64,000 nucleotides of DNA from a virus. Lineage: Duplodnaviria > Caudoviricetes. The position numbers and the translations under genes were made by a program. Shown here piece after piece: positions 37,099 through 45,640 of this stretch. The notes below the pieces were generated by a model. It saw only the letters and a program-made list of their open reading frames with translations. It searched no databases and was not told the origin of the DNA. Within the stretch, counting starts at the first letter, position 1, and the number at the start of each line of letters is the position of its first letter. Location of the stretch: IMG/VR virus record IMGVR_UViG_3300020399_000132, positions 96,001 through 160,000 of that record; one strand, given 5' to 3'.

Positions 37099-37949
37099 TC
37101 ATATATAAAGTCTACTAACTTATTTGGATCCGGATCATGTCGATTTTCACCGGCTTCTACATCACGAATAAAGTGTTCGTGAAACTTGGTAGGCAAATCT
37201 GTTTTATTAAAATGGTTTGTTATTATATTACTTAACACTGTATGATTACGATGTGTAAAATGATTAATCATACCGGCATGATGAATATTTTCATCTGACC
37301 ATTCTTTTTTTGAATGATCAAATAAAGGAAATGAATAAAAATGAAATAAATTATCATTAAGACTTGTAAAATCAAATAACTCTTCTTTGTGTACTCTACT
37401 AAAAGGATTAGGAGTCATTCCCCATACACGAAAAACTATCATTGGCCAATTGTTCAACTTAGATAGTGCATGAAGATATGAAACATTCTTTAAGTTTTGA
37501 TGATCAAATTCATCCCACATACTTTCATAAAGAGATGTTATACTAAATTCCTCTTCTGGTGTATAATAATATTCAGCAAGTTCCGGATTTCCTTCACGTT
37601 TAGCCATCCAATCTTGATATGCTGAAGATGGGTCTATACCACCTTTCCGGTTTCTTTTATCACTAGGGTTTTTTGTACTATCTGTAGTTCCTTCTAGCCA
37701 AGTCCAAGGAATTCTATATGTACTAGATAATACAAATACGAACTTAGGATTTAATCCAAAACATTCTTGCTCATAATGCCGATGAAATTTTGCTAATGTG
37801 CCGGCAGGCCCTTCACCACATTTTCCATGATTATCATGTTCTTCATCTAGATTTTTAGAAAGCATTTGATACCAACGTTCATGGTCGCGCATTCCTAATT
37901 TTTCTGCTCGTTCATTTTCTACAAAACTATCACCATACAAATATATCAT
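37095..37949 (-). CDS. SGNH/GDSL-like protein, paralog 1
   Basis: MIYLYGDSF, NHGKCGEG, NHFTHRNH. Confidence 0.6.
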   Translation of the reverse strand: MIYLYGDSFVENERAEKLGMRDHERWYQMLSKNLDEEHDNHGKCGEGPAGTLAKFHRHYEQECFGLNPKFVFVLSSTYRIPWTWLEGTTDSTKNPSDKRNRKGGIDPSSAYQDWMAKREGNPELAEYYYTPEEEFSITSLYESMWDEFDHQNLKNVSYLHALSKLNNWPMIVFRVWGMTPNPFSRVHKEELFDFTSLNDNLFHFYSFPLFDHSKKEWSDENIHHAGMINHFTHRNHTVLSNIITNHFNKTDLPTKFHEHFIRDVEAGENRHDPDPNKLVDFIYE

Positions 37950-38095
37950 TTTCCCTGACCGCGGTATTTTTTCCAACACTTACGTTTATGTTTGTTCTTC
38001 GGTTTGGTATATTTTGACTTTCCAATGGAAGTTCGTTTCGGTGTTACTTTAATCTTTTTCGTTTGTGTTAATCCGTATGCTGTTCTTTTAGCCAT
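37946..38095 (-). CDS. Small basic T4-like conserved protein (49 aa, not in ORF track)
   Basis: MAKR...KRTSIG...NKHKRKCWKKYRGQGK, C-terminus typical of marine T4-like phages. Confidence 0.75.
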   Translation of the reverse strand: MAKRTAYGLTQTKKIKVTPKRTSIGKSKYTKPKNKHKRKCWKKYRGQGK

Positions 38096-38098
38096 TTG

Positions 38099-38392
38099 TT
38101 AATCATTTTCTATCTGTTGAATTGTATCGGGATAAGGCCAGGAATGCTTCTCAACTTCAATCTTGGACTCTGCTTCTTTCTTTTCCCTATGGGCCATCAA
38201 ATCAAGAATATCTTGTCCTAACTCGGTAAGATCACTATTGGTTAGATAAGGGAGAAAGCTATTAATAACGCGTGCCATATTCTGATGCGAATATAACATT
38301 TCTTTTTTATTAATGTATATTTGAATATTTTCTTCACTCATAGGAATTTGATGACATCTTCTCTTGAATATTATAAGCCTTTTTGCCATCAT
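38099..38392 (-). CDS. Hypothetical protein
   Basis: ORF; start probably MSEEN. Confidence 0.5.
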   Translation of the reverse strand: MMAKRLIIFKRRCHQIPMSEENIQIYINKKEMLYSHQNMARVINSFLPYLTNSDLTELGQDILDLMAHREKKEAESKIEVEKHSWPYPDTIQQIEND

Positions 38393-38960
38393 AATAATAT
38401 AAAGATTGATGAGGAGACTCTGTGGGGGTACTGTTACTTTGATAATAAAATTGTCTTATAGCGTATCTAGTGCCGCTTGTTATTTCTGTTACACTATGTG
38501 GAGCCGAGTCATTATTTTTAAACAATACTGACGTATTATGATTCGGCACATGACTCCACATAATATTTTTTCTTTCTTTATCCCAGAGACGAAATTCACC
38601 TCCTTTACAGTCCCCAAGATATATCATTAAACTGAATGCTCTGTTTAATTTTACTCTATTATTCCAATTAAAATCTATATGAGGATCGAGTTTACATCCT
38701 TTAGTCATTTTGGATATACCTTCGCCCACGCCTAATGGATCAAATAACAATCCTTCTAGGCCTGTTTCCTCTTCTAAATTTTTAATTGTGCGTTGTGAAT
38801 GAAGTTGATTATATACTTCTCTAAGAACAGTATGCTCCTCCCAATCATAATATTCATACATCAAACTATTATTTCTCTCAAAAGTTTTCCAATTTTCAAT
38901 TCCTTCAAGAGTTTTAAGACAGCTTGTCGCTATTTTTTTATCAAGAAAACAAGACTTCAT
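38334..38960 (-). CDS. 2OG-Fe(II) oxygenase (prolyl-hydroxylase-like)
   Basis: LDPHIDFN, MIYL..GGEFRLW, PHSV, R...FYY. Confidence 0.85.
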   Translation of the reverse strand: MKSCFLDKKIATSCLKTLEGIENWKTFERNNSLMYEYYDWEEHTVLREVYNQLHSQRTIKNLEEETGLEGLLFDPLGVGEGISKMTKGCKLDPHIDFNWNNRVKLNRAFSLMIYLGDCKGGEFRLWDKERKNIMWSHVPNHNTSVLFKNNDSAPHSVTEITSGTRYAIRQFYYQSNSTPTESPHQSLYYYDGKKAYNIQEKMSSNSYE

Positions 38961-39180
38961 TATGTTCCATAAGATTGGTTAATAAAGCGGATGAAACAAA
39001 TTCCGCTTCATCTCTATCCACTACTACAAAATCTCCGTCCTCATCTAAAACTACAAAATTACCAGAATCTTTAAAGATTCTAATTTGATATTGTTTAGAT
39101 TGAGCAAGAAAATCGGTATGGGCTTCCATTTCAGGATGTTTCGATATGTTCATCAGACCCTTCAATTTCACTATTTTCAT
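38941..39180 (-). CDS. Hypothetical protein
   Basis: Coupled ORF. Confidence 0.5.
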   Translation of the reverse strand: MKIVKLKGLMNISKHPEMEAHTDFLAQSKQYQIRIFKDSGNFVVLDEDGDFVVVDRDEAEFVSSALLTNLMEHNEVLFS

Positions 39181-39354
39181 CTACTTTTTCGAGATTAGCT
39201 CGTTTTAGACGTTCTATATTTTCATCTTTTAAAGGAAAAGGAATTATTTCTGCAGGCCCTTTTAGTTCTTGAATTTTTCTACTTATCCAATCTTTCATAA
39301 AGGGCCTCCATGATTCACCTCAAAGTTATGTTATATTTATTCAAGCAAATCTTT

Positions 39355-40494
39355 CTATCTTTTTGGCGCCGGTAACATATTTGGAGTTTTTCGTGGATAT
39401 ATATCAGCTGCATTAACTGGTAAAACTTTTAATGTTACCTCTACTTTGTGAAAAACACGTTTTCGTATAATTGTTAATGAAACCTTATCTCCAATATTAC
39501 ATTTTCCTAATTCTTCTGAAAATTCTAAACCATCATTAATCATCACGCCATTGACTCCAATGATAGTGTCATAAGCTTTCAATCCTTCTGGTACTGTGCC
39601 AGGTCGTACCCATAAACCAAGAGTATTCGGCACATGGGCGGGTTTAATATTAGGATAATCTTTCATTATTTTGTCTTTAGTTTTAGGATTAACTAATCCC
39701 ATAATCATTATGCCGACTGCAGGCCTATCAACCCTACCATTTTCTAACATAGATTCTAAAGACTTTTTTACAATATCTCCTCTGACTGCTATGCCAACCC
39801 CAGCGTTTTCCATAGTCTTAGAAATAATCATAGAATTAATCCCTATGATTTCCCCTTTCATATTCAGAAGAGGTCCGCCTGAATTTCCTTTGTTTATTGC
39901 AGCATCAGTTTGCAATGATTTAATATAAGGATGTCTCATATATCTTTCATTGCTTGAAATAATACCTTTAGTTAAAGTCCAAGCCATTCCCATCGGATGA
40001 CCAAATGCAAAAACTTCAGTTCCTGGTGATATATTTTCTATATCATCTGCAAATTTAATATAAGATTTAGGTTTTACATCTGATGTGACCTGAATTAATG
40101 CTAAATCTGCAAGCGGATCTAAACCAATTACATTTACATCATGAAGTTCATAATCATGTTCAGAATAATAAATTAATTTAATATAATTTTGTTGATAAAT
40201 GCAGTGAAAATTTGTAAGTATATGTCCTGAATCAGATACGACAACTCCTGCACATAACCCATTTGATCTGGGATCTGTTTCTGCATCAACATTGGGACTT
40301 GTAGAAAGCATAACTATAGCCTCTTTAGTCCTTTGAAGAATTGATTCGAAGTTGAATGGTTTTTTAACTTCCGCTAAAACTGGTTCATTTGTTTTATTTT
40401 CTAATGGGAAGCGTTCTGCATATGATGTGCTCCAACCAAATATTAACAATAACAAAGTATAACACATCAAACCCAAAAATTTGAATTTTTTCAT
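39355..40494 (-). CDS. HtrA/DegP-family serine protease with PDZ domain
   Basis: Signal peptide; ILTNFHC, DLALI, QTDAAINKGNSGGPL; C-terminal PDZ. Confidence 0.92.
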   Translation of the reverse strand: MKKFKFLGLMCYTLLLLIFGWSTSYAERFPLENKTNEPVLAEVKKPFNFESILQRTKEAIVMLSTSPNVDAETDPRSNGLCAGVVVSDSGHILTNFHCIYQQNYIKLIYYSEHDYELHDVNVIGLDPLADLALIQVTSDVKPKSYIKFADDIENISPGTEVFAFGHPMGMAWTLTKGIISSNERYMRHPYIKSLQTDAAINKGNSGGPLLNMKGEIIGINSMIISKTMENAGVGIAVRGDIVKKSLESMLENGRVDRPAVGIMIMGLVNPKTKDKIMKDYPNIKPAHVPNTLGLWVRPGTVPEGLKAYDTIIGVNGVMINDGLEFSEELGKCNIGDKVSLTIIRKRVFHKVEVTLKVLPVNAADIYPRKTPNMLPAPKR

Positions 40495-40497
40495 GTA

Positions 40498-41055
40498 CTA
40501 TCCTTGAAAAATTATTCCCGGTTCCTCTTTGGATTCTGTCGGTTTTTGGCTTTGTGGCTCTTCGGGCGAATCCTGAGGCACATCTGGGATTATTGTTTTA
40601 TTATCTTTATCTTCTGTCGTTTCATTATCTAATGGTATTTCTATTTTAGATTTTGTAAAAAAACTTGGTAAAGTTTCATATTCTTTAACACATTCTAACG
40701 CTTTAATCATGAATAAGTCCCCAGTCCAATTGGGGTTTTGAACTTTTTTAAAATAGTTTTCTAATGTAATTTCTTTTCTAATCTTATCCATTACACAAAA
40801 ACAATGTTCTACCATTTGTCTTTGCGCCATTGGATGCATCTGCAGATTTCCAAGAGATGGATTACTCAATACTACCCATCTTATAGTTCCTTGGTAACAA
40901 GCATTTATCGTATCATATAAAAGTTGGGATGACCATTTACCTTCTTCTAATATTTTTGGAAATCCAAAACCAGTCCGCGGCAACGGTTCTTTACCATTAA
41001 CAAATCCCGCGAAAGATAGGATTAATACAAACATTAAAATTAAAGAGGTTTTCAT
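40498..41055 (-). CDS. Secreted hypothetical protein
   Basis: Signal peptide; C..CFC..C pattern. Confidence 0.55.
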   Translation of the reverse strand: MKTSLILMFVLILSFAGFVNGKEPLPRTGFGFPKILEEGKWSSQLLYDTINACYQGTIRWVVLSNPSLGNLQMHPMAQRQMVEHCFCVMDKIRKEITLENYFKKVQNPNWTGDLFMIKALECVKEYETLPSFFTKSKIEIPLDNETTEDKDNKTIIPDVPQDSPEEPQSQKPTESKEEPGIIFQG

Positions 41056-41073
41056 ACTTCCATCCTTTATTAT

Positions 41074-41697
41074 TTAGATATCCCTTGGTCCGTGAAATAT
41101 AATTTGACCATAATCTTTTGATTGTCTGAATACTCTTCTTCTTACTGGTTCTTTCCCGTTTTTTAATTCTATATAATACATTAAAAATGTATCTGCTTGC
41201 ATATTTAAACCATTCTGTAATTCCATATACTTATAGGTAGCTTTTACAATACCTTCTGCAAATTCTGGTGAGATCATGTATGAAGTAGCGGGCGGAACAC
41301 CCAAGATCGCAATACCATTATCTCTTCTATAATCTTTACCTTTATCTATAAATCTTTCAAACTTAAATTTAAGATCGTAACTATCCACAATTTCTAGATT
41401 TTTACGAGCGTCATGTTCAAAACAAGCAATAGACCTTCCTAATTTAAGACACCTTTTCCATAATTCAAAATGAGTACAAAAACAAGCTTTTTCTGTGTCG
41501 TGAATCGGAAGTTTTAATTTGCGCCCATGCGTTGATACCTTATATTCTTGAAATCGTAATTCAGGAGAAAGTACTTCTGGAGAACGAGCAGGAAACATCT
41601 CCAAATCAATATCAAATTCTTTTTTAAAATGTTTTATACCTTCTTCAAAATATTGTTCGGATATAGGATTTCCCTCAATCAAGTGCATGAAATACAT
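41074..41697 (-). CDS. Glycosyltransferase family 25-like
   Basis: EKACFCTHFELWKRC, FEHDA, SYMISP, AD. Confidence 0.7.
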   Translation of the reverse strand: MYFMHLIEGNPISEQYFEEGIKHFKKEFDIDLEMFPARSPEVLSPELRFQEYKVSTHGRKLKLPIHDTEKACFCTHFELWKRCLKLGRSIACFEHDARKNLEIVDSYDLKFKFERFIDKGKDYRRDNGIAILGVPPATSYMISPEFAEGIVKATYKYMELQNGLNMQADTFLMYYIELKNGKEPVRRRVFRQSKDYGQIIFHGPRDI

Positions 41698-41708
41698 TAT
41701 TACATTTT

Positions 41709-41951
41709 TTATCCGACCTGTTCAGTATAACAATTGGGGCATGTCAACTTAGATTTGTGTTTAGCTGATTCAGCGGGCATATTTTGTGAGAAAGGAAGTT
41801 TACACGAATTACATGTAAAATGCCTCACGTCGGAGTTTCCAACGGAAAAATCATGTTCTTGTTTTTCTAATACAGGTGTTTTAATATCTGGAGCTCTAAA
41901 AATTCCAGTTCCCCGTTGACCTGCGCCTTTGTTAGTTACTCTCATTGCCAT
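41709..41951 (-). CDS. Zinc-ribbon protein
   Basis: CNSC...CPNC. Confidence 0.55.
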   Translation of the reverse strand: MAMRVTNKGAGQRGTGIFRAPDIKTPVLEKQEHDFSVGNSDVRHFTCNSCKLPFSQNMPAESAKHKSKLTCPNCYTEQVG

Positions 41952-42364
41952 CCTAATTGTTCTTTACCATCTTTAATGTCTTTAAGTGGAGTGAAACTCT
42001 CCCCGCACCCACAGACATGTCCGAATTTGAGACGATTAAATACAAAACCTTGTTCTACTAAATTTCCTATTTTATAATCAACTTCAACGTCACCCATTAT
42101 ATTATTTAGCAACTCATTATCAACAACTAAATTCACACCATGCTGTTCAAAAACTAAGTCAGTTGAATCTACATTATCTTCATAATCTAAACTATATTTC
42201 CAACCGGAACATCCACCTGATTTAGCACCAACTCTTAAATAAGAGTTTTTAAGTCTCTTATTTTGATCAGCAATCATATTTTTAAAAACAGTTGCCGCTT
42301 TCTCTGTTATTTTTAGTTCACATCCAGCTTGGTTTGTGTCCATCTTCTTGTTCCTCATGTTCAT
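41942..42364 (-). CDS. IscA/HesB-family Fe-S carrier
   Basis: LRVG..GGCSG..Y, CGCGESF. Confidence 0.9.
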   Translation of the reverse strand: MNMRNKKMDTNQAGCELKITEKAATVFKNMIADQNKRLKNSYLRVGAKSGGCSGWKYSLDYEDNVDSTDLVFEQHGVNLVVDNELLNNIMGDVEVDYKIGNLVEQGFVFNRLKFGHVCGCGESFTPLKDIKDGKEQLGWQ

Positions 42365-42686
42365 ACATAAATGATGTTCTGCATCCGCAAGAGCCTTTTG
42401 CAGAAGGATTATTAAATTTGAGACCTCGATCGTTTAAATCGTTAGACCAATCTATTTCTGTTCCTTTAATATATAAATGACTCTTTTTATCTACCACGCA
42501 AGTGAGACCATGGCTTTCAAATTCTAGGTCGAATTTAGTTTTTCTACTATCAAAATCTACGGTATAAGTAAAACCCGAACATCCACCGCCTTTTACACCT
42601 ACTCTACAAAACGTTTCCCTGTTAACATTTTGTTCGTTCATTATATCTAATATAACTTTCGCGGCGGTCTCTGTGAAACATATCAT
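42318..42686 (-). CDS. iscA: IscA/HesB-family Fe-S carrier
   Basis: RVGVKGGGCSGFTY, FNNPSAKGSCGCRTSF. Confidence 0.92.
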   Translation of the reverse strand: MICFTETAAKVILDIMNEQNVNRETFCRVGVKGGGCSGFTYTVDFDSRKTKFDLEFESHGLTCVVDKKSHLYIKGTEIDWSNDLNDRGLKFNNPSAKGSCGCRTSFMYEHEEQEDGHKPSWM

Positions 42687-43540
42687 GCATTTAATTTAGC
42701 GGCGATTGCCATCTCTCTCTTTTTTTCTTTAGATTTACCTTTAAATTGAGGCGCATCAGAACTTTGAAAATCTTTAACTACATCTCCCATATCCGCATTT
42801 TTAACATCTATACCTTCATTTGTTTTCTCTTTTTTCTTTTTTAAAGCTTGCGTAGTTGCGGCATGTGCGGCTCCTGCTGCAACACCACCAACAGCCGCTT
42901 TTGTAAGAGACCCTGCTGCTTTTCCAACTGCTTTCTTTGCTAGATAACGAGCACCTATTCCAACAAGAGGTGCAACTATACCTATCTCTTTAATTGTTTC
43001 CTCAGCAGTTTCTTCTCCCTCTTCACTTGACGGACCTTCTTTTGCTAGACGTCGATACATTTTTACCATATTGGGTTTAGTAATTCTTTCAATTGAAACA
43101 TCTTTCCACACATCTGGCTTTAATTGACTTCGTAAATCATTTTTGATTGATGATTTTGAAGAACCTTCAATAAAAATAGGAGTTGGTAGACCGGGAATTT
43201 TTATTTGCCAGAAAGCTTCACTCAATTCTTCATTTTTTGATTCTGCATCATATCCTGGATGACTAACTGTCTTTAAAATTTCTTCTTTTTTCTTCTTTCT
43301 CTTTAAAAGATCATCCGCAGCATCTTCCGCATGCATATGTTTTTTCCAACTATCACCTGTCTTTAAATCATGCCTGGTTTTTACAAGAACGTGATCAGAG
43401 GGAGTTTTCGGGTTCCTTATCGTTTTTTGCATTTGCCGCAACGAACCTGAATGTGTAACTTTACCCTTTTCAGTACTACCTTGAACTATATGATGATTAA
43501 AAATTTCTTCTTCGATATAATGATCTATAAATTTTTTCAT
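42683..43540 (-). CDS. Putative internal head protein (modular)
   Basis: MKKFIDHYIEE start; LSE/IKE/TNE junctions; C-terminal DF..SDAPQFKGKSKEK.REMAIAA. Confidence 0.6.
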   Translation of the reverse strand: MKKFIDHYIEEEIFNHHIVQGSTEKGKVTHSGSLRQMQKTIRNPKTPSDHVLVKTRHDLKTGDSWKKHMHAEDAADDLLKRKKKKEEILKTVSHPGYDAESKNEELSEAFWQIKIPGLPTPIFIEGSSKSSIKNDLRSQLKPDVWKDVSIERITKPNMVKMYRRLAKEGPSSEEGEETAEETIKEIGIVAPLVGIGARYLAKKAVGKAAGSLTKAAVGGVAAGAAHAATTQALKKKKEKTNEGIDVKNADMGDVVKDFQSSDAPQFKGKSKEKKREMAIAAKLNA

Positions 43541-43917
43541 ACTGCCTGCTTCTGTTTATAATCCGCGATTGCCGCTTTAATAGCATCTTCTGCTAGAACG
43601 GAACAATGTATTTTAACTGGTGGAAGTGATAATTCTTCAACAATCTCTACATTATTTAAAGTCATAGCTTCTTCAACGGATCTATCTTTAACCCATTCTG
43701 TAGCTAATGACGATGCTGCTATAGCAGAACCGCACCCAAACGTTTTAAATTTAGCATCAACAATTTTGTTGTCTCTGACTTCAATCTGAAGTTTCATTAC
43801 ATCACCACATTCTGGAGCGCCTACTAAACCGGTGCCAACATGGATGTCATTTTTATCCAGACTTCCTATATTCTTCGGATTCTCAAAATGGTCTAAAACT
43901 TTATCACTATATGCCAT
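43537..43917 (-). CDS. iscU: Fe-S cluster scaffold IscU
   Basis: MAYSDKVLDH, GAPECGDVMKLQI, FGCGSAIA, LPPVKIHCS. Confidence 0.97.
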   Translation of the reverse strand: MAYSDKVLDHFENPKNIGSLDKNDIHVGTGLVGAPECGDVMKLQIEVRDNKIVDAKFKTFGCGSAIAASSLATEWVKDRSVEEAMTLNNVEIVEELSLPPVKIHCSVLAEDAIKAAIADYKQKQAV

Positions 43918-43943
43918 ATATGCCTTTCATTCTATTTATGAAA

Positions 43944-44345
43944 TTATGCTTCTGGATTATAATTTAATATAGCAGATACAAATGAATGATATACACCAAG
44001 GGCTTCAGATCTAGGACTCGAAACTATTATCACAAACTTTTTATCAATTTCATATCTGCCTAAATTAGCATTAGTAGGAAATGCATTAGGAGCTAATCTT
44101 TCAACGTTACGGCCCAAATCCACATCCCATTCCATAGCCCACCGAAATTGAACGGCGTCTATTAATTCATATTTATCTCCCAAATCTCTAATTTTTGAGA
44201 CCACTTCTTCACCTGTAGATATTTTGAGCACCTTTACTTCATGATCAAAAACCGCTTTAGATAAGGCTGCATCGTTCACTTCATTCATAACGGAAATCCT
44301 TCTTTCACTTTTGTTATTTGATGGTGGCCACAATGAGGACACCAA
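43944..44345 (-). CDS. Sm-like fold T4-type hypothetical protein
   Basis: VLKISTGEEVVSKI; start probably MNEVN. Confidence 0.5.
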   Translation of the reverse strand: MVSSLWPPSNNKSERRISVMNEVNDAALSKAVFDHEVKVLKISTGEEVVSKIRDLGDKYELIDAVQFRWAMEWDVDLGRNVERLAPNAFPTNANLGRYEIDKKFVIIVSSPRSEALGVYHSFVSAILNYNPEA

Positions 44346-44479
44346 AATTTTTCATTATTAGAGAAACTTATATCCTGCTCTAATTTACTAGGAGTAAGAG
44401 TATAGCTCCACCATTCTTGGCAGCTACCGCAGGTAAAATGATATAAAATTTCTATTGTGTATTCGTGTTTGAGCGCCAT
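44285..44479 (-). CDS. Small zinc-finger protein
   Basis: HFTCGSC...WCPHCG. Confidence 0.6.
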   Translation of the reverse strand: MALKHEYTIEILYHFTCGSCQEWWSYTLTPSKLEQDISFSNNEKFWCPHCGHHQITKVKEGFPL

Positions 44480-44502
44480 AATATATTCGCTTTTAATTTT
44501 AT

Positions 44503-44531
44503 ATTATATAATAAAACTTATAAAAAATCAA
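44503..44531 (-). promoter_or_regulatory. Sigma70 promoter
   Basis: TTGATT-N17-TATAAT. Confidence 0.6.
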
Positions 44532-44715
44532 GCATTATCTACGCTTATCTTGCTGACCGTTTTGATATGCTTCAAAAAGAGCTCTCTCTGCGAATAAAGC
44601 AATAGTTTTTTCATGATCCATAGGTAATTGAGTCATTACATAGCTCATAAGACTATCCTTAAATCTTCTCTTAGATTTTGGATTTTGTTGTAGTTTTTCT
44701 TCGTAAGTCAAATGT

Positions 44716-44958
44716 TTATCCCCACATTTGTTGTTCTAGCCTTTCGACCTGTTTAATGTCTTTGCGAAAATCTTTTATTCGTTGTCTTTCTGCTTCTTCC
44801 CTCTTTAGCCTTTTTGCCATAGAAGGTTTAACAAAATATCTTCGTTTTTTCACCTCATTAAGAGTTCCTTCACGAGACACTACTTGTTTTAATTTTTGTA
44901 AAGCTTTTATAATATTTCGCTGGTCTGAATCCTTATGACCAATCTTTATTGAAATCAT
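44716..44958 (-). CDS. rpsU: Ribosomal protein bS21
   Basis: KALQKLK...EG.L.EVKKRRYFVKPS..KR. Confidence 0.88.
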   Translation of the reverse strand: MISIKIGHKDSDQRNIIKALQKLKQVVSREGTLNEVKKRRYFVKPSMAKRLKREEAERQRIKDFRKDIKQVERLEQQMWG

Positions 44959-45640
44959 ATTCTTCCATTTCTATCCAATGTTTATCATATATTGATTTTA
45001 AATATTCATTATCAACATTAGTTTTATACCAAGGACCGCCTAAAGTAAAATGAGCGGCACCAATATCTTCCTTATCAGGATAATTTGGTTCATTTACTAA
45101 CCAATTCCATTCTAAAGGAATTGATCCTATATATTTTTCTTCGGGTTCTGCCCACTCCATTTGATGTAAATAACTCATGGGTGAGTGAAATATTTCTTTG
45201 CAAGTCAATGAATATTTTTCTTTATTAAATATCATAAAACTTGACCAATTCTTTCTGGGGTAATTCACATTTTTATGTCGGCCGCCCATTTTGACTTCAC
45301 CCTTTGAAACATAATTTTCATGCTTGCAACAGTATACCATTTTATTTTTATCTAAATCTCTAACTAAACTCAAAGGATTTTTAAAAAATATAAAATCATC
45401 ATCGACAAACGCTACCCATTTATTATCTTCATTATAATCAATTAACGGAACTAAGTATCTTGTTCTGGCAAAAGGATTGTTCGTATTTTTAACATAATAA
45501 TGGGGAACACTGTGAGTTTTTACTCCGAATCTTTCTAAAGAAAATCTACATTTCCTATTAACCTGTTCGCGTCCTGGCGTATATCCAACCCAAAAATCTA
45601 TCATACTGCTTCCATTATTTGATAACACGCATCTTTCCAA
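44933..45640 (-). CDS. GT-A glycosyltransferase
   Basis: RYLVP, FVDDDFIF (DxD), YPRKNWSS, EWNWLV, HFTLGGPW. Confidence 0.8.
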   Translation of the reverse strand: MERCVLSNNGSSMIDFWVGYTPGREQVNRKCRFSLERFGVKTHSVPHYYVKNTNNPFARTRYLVPLIDYNEDNKWVAFVDDDFIFFKNPLSLVRDLDKNKMVYCCKHENYVSKGEVKMGGRHKNVNYPRKNWSSFMIFNKEKYSLTCKEIFHSPMSYLHQMEWAEPEEKYIGSIPLEWNWLVNEPNYPDKEDIGAAHFTLGGPWYKTNVDNEYLKSIYDKHWIEMEEYDFNKDWS

